From the NCBI GenBank assembly GCA_965116695.1, contig OZ220706.1, forward strand, positions 706,415-770,414: a DNA stretch of 64,000 bases, written 5' to 3'. The notes under the pieces were generated by a model. The model saw only the letters and a program-made list of their open reading frames with translations. It had not been told where the DNA came from and ran no database searches. The stretch is from Acidobacteriota bacterium. GTDB lineage: Bacteria; Acidobacteriota; UBA6911; RPQK01; JAJDTT01. Within the stretch, counting starts at the first letter, position 1. The number at the start of each line of letters is the position of its first letter. Below, one piece after another: positions 1-8,017 of the stretch. A program made the translations under genes and the position numbers.

Positions 1-5
1 TGGCC

Positions 6-2786
6 GTGCTGGCGTTGATCTGGAGCGCCGCGCCTCTCGCCGCCGAAGAAAAGGTCTGGACGACAGACTCCTTCCTCGACTTCGCGGACGGGAGCTTCAG
101 CGACGGGGGAGTCAACACCTACGTCACCGCTCAAGGAGAGGTGGTCCTCATCAAGTTGCTGGACCTGAATCAGGACGGACGCGTCGACATCATTTTCCCC
201 AACGACCACGATCCCCACGAGCGGGCGGACCTGTTCATCTACTGGGGGGGAGGCGAGGGATACTCGGCCCAGCGCCGCAGCCGCCTGCCCACCAACGGGG
301 GCCATGACGGCGCCATCGCCGATCTGGACGGGGATGGCAATGCCGAGTTGATCGTGGCCAACAACTTCAACGGGACCCGCACCGACCTGGAATCGTTCAT
401 CTACCGCGGCGCCAAGGGAGGTCCCAAGGCCACCGGCCGCAGCGGCCTTCCCACGCGGGGCGCCCGCGCGGTGGCCGTGAAGGATCTGAACCGGGACGGA
501 CACCAGGACATCGTCTTCGCCAACAGCGGATTGGACTACCACGTGACGGTGGACCCTCACAATGAGTCCTTCATCTACTGGGGATCTTCGGACGGCTTTT
601 CCGCCGAACGGCGGCAGGTCCTGCGGACCGTGAACGGCCGGGACGTGACGGTGGCCGACCTGGACCGGGACGGGTACCTGGACCTGGTCTTCGCCAACGA
701 AGGAAACACGGACGCGGAGGGAGGCGCCCTCCTCTACTGGGGTACGGCGGACGGAGACTACACCCGCCGCAAGGCGGTCCATCTTCCCGGCGACCGCTCC
801 TCGGCGGTCGAGGCCGCCGATCTCAACGGGGACGGCTTTCCGGAGATCGTCCTGGCCAATGCCTACCGGCTCAAGACCCGCGAGATGGGCATGTACAACA
901 TCGTGGATTCGGTGAGTGTGCCCTCGTTCATCTATTGGGGATCGGCCAACGGCTATTCGGTCGATTCAAGGACGTTGCTGCCCACGGTGGGAGCGTCCGA
1001 CGTCGCCGCGGGAGACCTGAACCGGGACGGCCACCCCGACCTGGTCTTCGCCAACAAGTCCGGACTGTCGTCCTTCATCTACTGGGGAGCTCCGGATGGT
1101 TATCGCTCCCATCGGCGGACATCGATTCCCACGCTGGCGCCTACTCGCTGCCTGGTGGAGGACCTGGACGAGGACGGTTACCCCGAACTGGTCTTCTCGC
1201 AGCAAGGCGGGCAGCCTCACGGGAAACCCCCTGCGTACGTCTATTGGGGCAGCCCGGACGGCTACTCGCCCGAGTGGCGGACCGAGCTGCCGACGTTCGA
1301 GGCTACCGGGGTCCAGGCGGGAGACCTGGACGGAGACGGCAGCAAGGACCTGGTCTTCGTCCATGCCGCCGATACCACCCACGGCATCCCGGCTTACATC
1401 TACTGGGGCGGACCCAAGGGGCGATTCGAGCCGTCTCGCCGGCAATTGCTGCCCACAGGCAACGGATACTGTTCCAGCGCAGACATCAACCGGGACGGCC
1501 ATGTGGATCTCCTGTTTCCTGGCGTCTACGGGGAGAACCCGGGTCCGACCATCTACTGGGGATCGGGTTCCGGGTACTCCGGGTCCAATCGGACCGTTCT
1601 AGCGACCGGCAACAGCTTTTCTTCCCGGCTCGCCGACTTCAACCGGGACGGTTACCTGGACGCCGTCTTCACCCAGTGGCGCCCGGGTACCGAGGCCACC
1701 AGCCTCTACTGGGGCGGCCCGGAGGGATTCTCCAACGGCAACCGCTTCATCTTCCGGATCGGCAGCATTCGGGAGCACACCATCGGCGACCTCAATCGTG
1801 ACGGTTGGATCGATGTGATCTTCAGCGGGACCCTCAACAAGGTGGTGGTCTATTGGAACAGTCCGCTGGGATTCGACAATGAGCGCAAGTCCGAATTGCC
1901 TTCTCGGGTTTCGGTTGGCGTGGAGGTCGCCGATCTGGATGGAAACGGCTTTCTGGACGTGATTGCCTCCAACCTCTACGACCGGGATCCGGCGCCGGGC
2001 AAACCCCGGTCCTTCGGCGGCTCCGCAGAGGGGGACACCTTCATCTACTGGGGCGGTTCGAAAGGCTACTCTGAATCGAACCGGGCCATCCTGCCTTCGG
2101 TGGGAAACTCTTCCGCCGCGGTGGCCGACCTGAACGGGAACGGGTTCCTGGACCTGGTCCTGAGCAGCTACCACGCTGGCTATACGCGCAGCCACCCCTC
2201 CAGGATCTACTGGAACGGTCCCTCCGGGTTCGACCCTTCGCGCAAAATGGAGATTCCCAGCAACTCCGCTTCGGGGGTCCTCGCCAACGACTTCGACCTG
2301 GACGGCCACGTGGACATCCTGTTCGCCTGCCACTCCAAGCAGGGAAACCACCGGAACGACGCCTTCCTCTACTGGGGCGGACCGGAGGGTTTCTCCACCG
2401 AGCGCCGGACTTCCCTGCCGGTCCTGGGGCCCCACCACCTTGCCTCCGATCCGGGCCACGCCTATGATCGGGGCCATCGTTACGACTACATTTCTCCGCC
2501 GTTCGACGCCGGTTCCGTGGAGCGTTTGGGAACCATCTCCTGGGAGGGGGAGACCCCCTTCCAATCCGGTCTGGAATTCCAGGTGCGCTGGGCCGCCACA
2601 CGGGAGGGGCTGGAGTCAGCCTCATGGATGGGACCGGCCGGCTTGGAGAGCTACTACAAGCAGTCCGGCTCCCAGCTACCGGACCCCGGCGAGGGCACCC
2701 GTTGGATCCAATACAAGACCAGCCTCCTCAGTCCCGGCGCAGCCAATTCCCCGGTCCTGGACTCGGTCTCCATCAGTTATCGGTAG
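6..2786 (+). CDS. FG-GAP/VCBS-repeat beta-propeller protein, truncated at 5' end by the window edge (about 14 repeats of DLNRDGHxDLVFAN...FIYWG)
   Basis: ORF runs to window start; regular repeats with Ca-binding-like D-x-[DN]-x-D-G-x-x-D loops and an aromatic FIYWG motif (FG-GAP-like); no upstream start or signal peptide visible. Confidence 0.75.
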   Translation: MLALIWSAAPLAAEEKVWTTDSFLDFADGSFSDGGVNTYVTAQGEVVLIKLLDLNQDGRVDIIFPNDHDPHERADLFIYWGGGEGYSAQRRSRLPTNGGHDGAIADLDGDGNAELIVANNFNGTRTDLESFIYRGAKGGPKATGRSGLPTRGARAVAVKDLNRDGHQDIVFANSGLDYHVTVDPHNESFIYWGSSDGFSAERRQVLRTVNGRDVTVADLDRDGYLDLVFANEGNTDAEGGALLYWGTADGDYTRRKAVHLPGDRSSAVEAADLNGDGFPEIVLANAYRLKTREMGMYNIVDSVSVPSFIYWGSANGYSVDSRTLLPTVGASDVAAGDLNRDGHPDLVFANKSGLSSFIYWGAPDGYRSHRRTSIPTLAPTRCLVEDLDEDGYPELVFSQQGGQPHGKPPAYVYWGSPDGYSPEWRTELPTFEATGVQAGDLDGDGSKDLVFVHAADTTHGIPAYIYWGGPKGRFEPSRRQLLPTGNGYCSSADINRDGHVDLLFPGVYGENPGPTIYWGSGSGYSGSNRTVLATGNSFSSRLADFNRDGYLDAVFTQWRPGTEATSLYWGGPEGFSNGNRFIFRIGSIREHTIGDLNRDGWIDVIFSGTLNKVVVYWNSPLGFDNERKSELPSRVSVGVEVADLDGNGFLDVIASNLYDRDPAPGKPRSFGGSAEGDTFIYWGGSKGYSESNRAILPSVGNSSAAVADLNGNGFLDLVLSSYHAGYTRSHPSRIYWNGPSGFDPSRKMEIPSNSASGVLANDFDLDGHVDILFACHSKQGNHRNDAFLYWGGPEGFSTERRTSLPVLGPHHLASDPGHAYDRGHRYDYISPPFDAGSVERLGTISWEGETPFQSGLEFQVRWAATREGLESASWMGPAGLESYYKQSGSQLPDPGEGTRWIQYKTSLLSPGAANSPVLDSVSISYR

Positions 2787-2810
2787 GAGGGGGGACTTGT
2801 AGTCCCCCTC
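2785..2810 (+). repeat. G/C-arm hairpin element, TTTCCT-loop family: AGGAGGGGGGAC-ttgtag-TCCCCCTC, followed by a pyrimidine-rich tail
   Basis: Perfect G6AC/GTC6 inverted repeat immediately after the stop of the FG-GAP gene; one of 8 dispersed copies. Confidence 0.7.
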
Positions 2811-2876
2811 TTTCTCCCGTATCGCTTTTCCGGGCATTGCAAACCCCCGCTCTAGGTTACGGGTCGGCCCTTAAAA

Positions 2877-2902
2877 GGGGGGACAAGGATGTCCCCCCTC
2901 CT
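2877..2902 (-). repeat. G/C-arm hairpin element (inverted copy): GGGGGGAC-aaggat-GTCCCCCCTCCT
   Basis: Same family in opposite orientation, 66 bp from the copy at 2785; lies 55 bp upstream of the permease start. Confidence 0.7.
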
Positions 2903-2956
2903 ATTTATCTCCTATTTTATCAATAGATATATCCAGCCCCATGAGACAATACCTCA

Positions 2957-4270
2957 ATGAAAAAGATCGCTGAATTCTTCAAGTTCGAGCAGGAGAACAC
3001 GAACTGGCGGACCGAGATCACCGGAGGCGCCACCACGTTCATGACCATGGCCTACATCGTGGTCGTGAACCCCGCCATACTGTCCGATGCCCTGGGCAAG
3101 GAGATGCTCGGCGAGCTGTTGTTCGCCACCTGCGCGGCCGCCGCCCTCGCCACGCTCCTGATGGGCCTCCTGGCCAACTACCCTTTCGCCCTGGCCCCCG
3201 GAATGGGACTCAACGCCTTTTTCGCCTACACCATCGTCCTGGGCATGGGAGTGGATTGGAAGCTGGCCCTGGGCGTGGTCCTGGCTTCCGGGCTGCTGTT
3301 TCTGCTGTTGACCGTCTTGCGGGTCCGGGAGGCGATCATCAACGCGGTTCCGGACACCCTGAAAAGAGCGGTGGCGGCCGGGATCGGTCTCTTCATCGCG
3401 TTCATCGGCCTGAAGAACGCGGGCCTCATCGTCGACAATCAGGCCACACTGGTGAGCCTGGGCGAGGTCCGTTCCTGGTCCGTCGGATTGGCCCTTGTAG
3501 GGCTGCTGGCGATCGGCGTGATGATGGCGCGCGGAATTCGCGGCGCGATCCTGCTGGGAATGATGGGCGTGACCCTGCTGGCCATGATCTTCGGGGCAGC
3601 GCCGTGGCCAACCGGTCTGGTCAGCATGCCGGTCTGGCCGGTCAATCTCTTCGGCGAAGCCGTACGTCACCTGCCCCAGACCCTGAACGTGGCGTTCATC
3701 GAGGTGATCCTGGCCCTGCTCTTCGTGGACCTCTTCGACACCATGGGGACGCTCTTGGGGTTGTCCGAGAGGTCCGGCTTCCTGGACCAGCGGGGACGGC
3801 TGCCGCGAGCCAACCGCGCGCTGCTCTCCGATTCGGTGGGTACCGTCTGCGGCAGCGTCATCGGGACGTCGACGGTGACCACCTATATCGAGAGCGCCGC
3901 CGGCATCTCTTCCGGTGCCCGGACCGGTTTCTCCAGCGTCGTGGTCAGCGGCCTGTTCGCCGCCGCGTTGTTCCTGACGCCCTTGGTCCAGTCAGTGCCC
4001 ACGTTCGCCGCCGCCCCGGCGCTGGTGGTGACCGGCGTGCTGATGATGGGCGCCGCCGCGCGGATCCGGTGGAATGACGTCTCGGAGGCGGTGCCGGCCT
4101 TCCTCACGCTGATCGCCATCCCGCTGACCTTCAGCATCGCCGACGGACTGGCACTGGGATTCATCTCCTATCCCATCGTCAAGCGGTTGAGCGGACGAGG
4201 CGGCGAGGTGCATTGGCTGGTCGACGTCCTGGCGGTGGTCTTCATCGCCAAGTACGTTTTCATCGGTTAG
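2957..4270 (+). CDS. NCS2-family purine permease (AzgA/PbuG-type adenine/guanine/hypoxanthine transporter)
   Basis: 437 aa; N-terminal motif EITGGATTFMTMAYIVVVNPAILSD typical of AzgA-like NCS2 permeases; multi-TM hydrophobic profile. Confidence 0.85.
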   Translation: MKKIAEFFKFEQENTNWRTEITGGATTFMTMAYIVVVNPAILSDALGKEMLGELLFATCAAAALATLLMGLLANYPFALAPGMGLNAFFAYTIVLGMGVDWKLALGVVLASGLLFLLLTVLRVREAIINAVPDTLKRAVAAGIGLFIAFIGLKNAGLIVDNQATLVSLGEVRSWSVGLALVGLLAIGVMMARGIRGAILLGMMGVTLLAMIFGAAPWPTGLVSMPVWPVNLFGEAVRHLPQTLNVAFIEVILALLFVDLFDTMGTLLGLSERSGFLDQRGRLPRANRALLSDSVGTVCGSVIGTSTVTTYIESAAGISSGARTGFSSVVVSGLFAAALFLTPLVQSVPTFAAAPALVVTGVLMMGAAARIRWNDVSEAVPAFLTLIAIPLTFSIADGLALGFISYPIVKRLSGRGGEVHWLVDVLAVVFIAKYVFIG

Positions 4271-7200
4271 ATCTCCGTTCCAGCTCCCGGCGGGCGAGGC
4301 GTTTGACCGCTCTCAGATCCAGTTTTCCGGTCCCCAACAGGGGAAGCTGTTCGGTCCTGACGAACCGGTCCCGGCGCGGGATGTAGAGATTGGGCAGCCC
4401 CATCTTGGCGAACCGCTCCATCACCGGTCCGACCCGGATATCGTCGAGCGTGTGCACCACGGCCAGGGCTTCCCCCTTTTTCTCGTCCGGGATTCCGGTG
4501 ACGGCAAAAACCTGCTCTTCCGATTCGGCCGCCTGATGCAGCAACTCCTCCACTCGCCCGTGGGGAACCATCTCGCCGCCGATCTTGGAAAAGCGGGCGA
4601 GCCGATCGGTGATCTTCACGAAGCCGTCCTCGCTCACCAGCCCGATGTCGCCGGTCACGTACCAGCCGTCCCGCATCGCCTTCCGGGTCAGGTCGTCCCG
4701 GCCCAGATAGCCCTTCATCAGATTGGGTCCCTTGACCAGCAACATGCCGGGAGTCCCTGCCGTCAACGGTTCGAAGGTGTCGGGGTCCACCACCCGTACT
4801 GCCACCCCCGGCAGGGGCTGGCCCACGGTTCCCGGCCGCGAACCGGGCTGGAAGAACCCGGGTGCCCGGTAGTCGGGGACACCCACGGAGACGACCGGAG
4901 CGCATTCGGTGGTCCCATAGCCCTCCAGCGGCCGCAAACCGAACTGTTCCTGGAAGGCCACGGCCAGCTTCTCCGGCAGCTTCTCGGCCCCGGTCAACAA
5001 CAGCCGCACCGACCCGAGCTGGGCGGGCGAACAAAGGCGCATGTAGATCCGCAGGAAGGTCGGCGTGGCCATGAGGATGCTCACATGGTAACGCTTTACG
5101 AGCCGGCCTACGGCCGTACCGTCCAGCGGATTGGGATGCAAGGGTAGAGCCAGGCCCTTTCTGGCCGCGAACCAGAAGACCACGTAGCCGAAGGAATGGA
5201 AGAAAGGCAGGATGCCCAGAATCCGGTCGGTCGGTTTCGTCCGGAGTACCTGTTCGACAGCCGCGATGTTGGAATCCAGGTTGAACTGGGTGAGCATCAC
5301 TCCCTTGGGCTCTCCGGTGCTGCCGCTGCTGAAGATGATGGTCATGACGTCGTGGGGACCGGGGACCCGGACGGCGCCGCAGAGCCTTTCCAACCAGCGG
5401 CTGGGGAGAAACAGGGCCGCAAACAGGCTCGTGACCCGTTGTCCGGCACCGATGCCTTCCGCCAGTTCCTCCAGGTACACGAGCCGGACATTTTCGGGAG
5501 GAGTCAGCTCTGCCTTCCGTAGAAAGGTACGGCTCGTGACGACGGTCTTGAGACCCGATTGGCTGACGGCCGATTCCATTCCGTGACGGCCTGCGGTGTA
5601 GTTCAGGTTGACGGTTACCCGGCAGGCCAGCGCTGCGGCAAGGTTCACCAGGGCTGCGGGGACGGTGGGCGGCAGCAGAATCCCCACCCTCTCCTGTTCG
5701 GACCATACTGATCTGAGAGCCCGAGCCAGGGCGACGGCTCCGGTCAGCGCCTTGATGCGGACCAGGTGAGGCCGGCTCTCATCGGCGTAAGCGAGAGCCA
5801 GTGGACGCATCCTGGCCTTGCGGATGAAGGCCCGGTGCAAAGGACGGAAGCCCTCCTGGCGCTGGTTCCATGCCGCGCAGGACAGCTCCTGGACGGCTTG
5901 GCGAATCGTGCTCACGCCGGTCTTCGAAGGCAGAGGAGATCCGAAGGCGCACGTGACCTGGTAAGGGATCTCCCACGGAATCTTGAAAACGAACCGGTTT
6001 CGCTCGTAGCTGAAGATGCTCCCCCAGAGCCGGTCCAGGTAAACGGGGATGATGGGTGCCTTCCGGTTCCGGACGATCCGCTTCAGGCCCCGATTGAAGG
6101 GCAACAAGGTTCCGGTTCGGCTGATCTGTCCCTCGGGAAAGATACAGACCAACTCACCCTGATCCAGGAGTCTTCCGGCATCCCTCAGGGCTCGTAAAAT
6201 CTGTCGCGGTCCCTCTGAAGAAGAAATGGGTATGCACCCCAACGACTTCATAAAAGGCTTGAAGTAAAATCGTTCATAGTACTCTCGATGAACGATAAAT
6301 CGGATCGGACGATCAATCACGGCAAGCAGCAGTCCGAAATCGATTAAGGAGACGTGGTTGGGGACCAGTAGCGCTCCCCCCTTTTCCGGGACGTGTTCCC
6401 GGCCCACGACCCGGAGCCGGTACAGCGAGTGCGTGGCCAGGACCAGCAGCAAACGCAACAGGACGTCGGGAAGCAGGCTGACGGCCCAGACCATACCCGC
6501 CGAGAGCGCCAATGCCGCCACCAGCATGATCGATACCGGGGAGAGCCCCAGCGCGCCCAAGCCCGCCGCTCCCAGCGATCCCGCCGTTATCCCCGCAAAA
6601 ATCCAGACGTTGGCCAGCGCGATGACGGCTCCCCGGTGCTGGTCCGGAGCCCGCCATTGGAGCAGGGAGTTCAGCGGCACGATGATCATGCCGCTGGCTA
6701 TGCCCAGAGCGGCCGAAAAGGCCAGCAGCCCGTAGAACCCGGGCACGACGAGAGCCATCAGCAGGCAGTTCCCCGCCATCAAAACGGCGCCCAGAGGGAT
6801 CACGCCGTACTCGACCCGGCCCCGGGAGACCCGGGCGGTGATCAGGCTGCCGGCGCCGACTCCGAGGCCGAACAGGGCCAGGGGGATTCCGGCATGGGTG
6901 TCGGAAAGGCCCAGGACCGACTTGACGTAGACCAGGATGTCCTGACCCAGGAGGCTCGCGATGGTCCAGTAGACGACCGAGCCGGCCACGGCCAAGTTCA
7001 GAACGCGCTCGTGACGAATGGCTCGCCAAGCGGTGCGGATGGTTTCTCCCAGGTTTCCTTCGGCACGTGCGGCCGGCACCCTGGGAAGCCGCAAGGAGAT
7101 GATGAGACCCGCCACTGCCGTTGGAACCAGGACCGCCGCCGCGGTCCAGGCCGCCTCTCCCGAGAGATCCAGCAGCAGGCCGCCGGATGCCGTTCCCAGG

Positions 7201-7688
7201 ATGATGGCCAGGAAGGTCCAGGTTTCCAGGTGGGCGTTCCCCGCGGTGAGCCGCTCGTGAGGCAGCATCTCGGGCAGGATCCCGTACTTGGCGGGGCTGA
7301 AGAGAGCGCTCTGCAAGCCCATGAGACCCAGGATCACCAGTGGAAACAGCGTCGAGCCGGGAGCCGCGTAGAGGCAGAGGGCCGCACCGCCCATGAGCGT
7401 GACTTCCGCCAGCTTCATGGCAATGATGACGGTCCTCTTGCTGACCCGGTCGGCCACGAGGCCCGCCGGGAGGGAGAAGACCATGAGGGGGATGGTCAGG
7501 ACGCAGAAGGCGATGGCGGTCTGGAGCTGGGCGGCGGACTGGTATTCGGGTCCTCCGGGCGGCAGGTGCGCCGTGGAGGCTTTGATCGCGAGGAAGGTGA
7601 CGATCAACTTCCAGGCGTTGTCGTTGAAGGCTCCGAAGAACTGGGCGATCAGGAGGAACTTCAGACCGGCCGTCGTGTTCTTTGCCAT
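4260..7688 (-). CDS. aas: Fusion of lysophospholipid transporter LplT (MFS), 2-acyl-GPE acyltransferase and acyl-ACP synthetase (Aas)
   Basis: 1142 aa. N-terminal 12-TM MFS region; central PlsC-type acyltransferase H(X)4D motif (PNHVSLIDFG); C-terminal AMP-binding domain (FSSGSTGEPKGV ... YGTTE ... GDIG). E. coli has lplT and aas as adjacent separate genes. Confidence 0.85.
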   Translation of the reverse strand: MAKNTTAGLKFLLIAQFFGAFNDNAWKLIVTFLAIKASTAHLPPGGPEYQSAAQLQTAIAFCVLTIPLMVFSLPAGLVADRVSKRTVIIAMKLAEVTLMGGAALCLYAAPGSTLFPLVILGLMGLQSALFSPAKYGILPEMLPHERLTAGNAHLETWTFLAIILGTASGGLLLDLSGEAAWTAAAVLVPTAVAGLIISLRLPRVPAARAEGNLGETIRTAWRAIRHERVLNLAVAGSVVYWTIASLLGQDILVYVKSVLGLSDTHAGIPLALFGLGVGAGSLITARVSRGRVEYGVIPLGAVLMAGNCLLMALVVPGFYGLLAFSAALGIASGMIIVPLNSLLQWRAPDQHRGAVIALANVWIFAGITAGSLGAAGLGALGLSPVSIMLVAALALSAGMVWAVSLLPDVLLRLLLVLATHSLYRLRVVGREHVPEKGGALLVPNHVSLIDFGLLLAVIDRPIRFIVHREYYERFYFKPFMKSLGCIPISSSEGPRQILRALRDAGRLLDQGELVCIFPEGQISRTGTLLPFNRGLKRIVRNRKAPIIPVYLDRLWGSIFSYERNRFVFKIPWEIPYQVTCAFGSPLPSKTGVSTIRQAVQELSCAAWNQRQEGFRPLHRAFIRKARMRPLALAYADESRPHLVRIKALTGAVALARALRSVWSEQERVGILLPPTVPAALVNLAAALACRVTVNLNYTAGRHGMESAVSQSGLKTVVTSRTFLRKAELTPPENVRLVYLEELAEGIGAGQRVTSLFAALFLPSRWLERLCGAVRVPGPHDVMTIIFSSGSTGEPKGVMLTQFNLDSNIAAVEQVLRTKPTDRILGILPFFHSFGYVVFWFAARKGLALPLHPNPLDGTAVGRLVKRYHVSILMATPTFLRIYMRLCSPAQLGSVRLLLTGAEKLPEKLAVAFQEQFGLRPLEGYGTTECAPVVSVGVPDYRAPGFFQPGSRPGTVGQPLPGVAVRVVDPDTFEPLTAGTPGMLLVKGPNLMKGYLGRDDLTRKAMRDGWYVTGDIGLVSEDGFVKITDRLARFSKIGGEMVPHGRVEELLHQAAESEEQVFAVTGIPDEKKGEALAVVHTLDDIRVGPVMERFAKMGLPNLYIPRRDRFVRTEQLPLLGTGKLDLRAVKRLARRELERRSNR

Positions 7689-7691
7689 GTT

Positions 7692-7717
7692 AGGAGGGGG
7701 GACTTTCCTGTCCCCCC
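7692..7717 (+). repeat. G/C-arm hairpin element AGGAGGGGGGAC-tttcct-GTCCCCCC with T-rich tail
   Basis: Directly abuts the start codon of lplT-aas on the opposite strand. Confidence 0.7.
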
Positions 7718-7746
7718 TTGCTCTTCGTTTTCTAGTTTCACCGGAG

Positions 7747-8006
7747 TCCGGCGCCTGGAAAGGGCGCCGCTCCTGTCCGGCGCCTGGAAAGGACGCCGCT
7801 CCTGTCCGGCGCCTGGAAAGGACGCCGCTCCTATCCGGCGCCTGGAAAGGACGCCGCTCCTGTCCGGCGCCTGGAAAGGACGCCGCTCCTATCCGGCGCC
7901 TGGAAAGGACGCCGCTCCTGTCCGGCGCCTGGAAAGGACGCCGCTCCTATCCGGCGCCTGGAAAGGACGCCGCTCCTGTCCGGCGCCTGGAAAGGGCGCC
8001 GCTCCC
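7747..8006 (-). repeat. Tandem array of about 9 copies of a 29-bp unit TCCGGCGCCTGGAAAGGACGCCGCTCCTR, with a 58-bp higher-order period (alternating G/A)
   Basis: Read directly. Unit length is not a multiple of 3 and the array is intergenic. On the minus strand each unit reads GGAGC-GGCGUC-cuuucca-GGCGCC, a hairpin with a UUUCC loop like the dispersed element family. No spacers, so not CRISPR. Confidence 0.85.
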
Positions 8007-8017
8007 AGTCGCCGCTC

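Noticed and set aside
7747-8006. CRISPR array interpretation of the 29-bp tandem repeat
   Set aside because: Units are contiguous with no unique spacers, and no cas genes are nearby. It is a minisatellite, not a CRISPR array.
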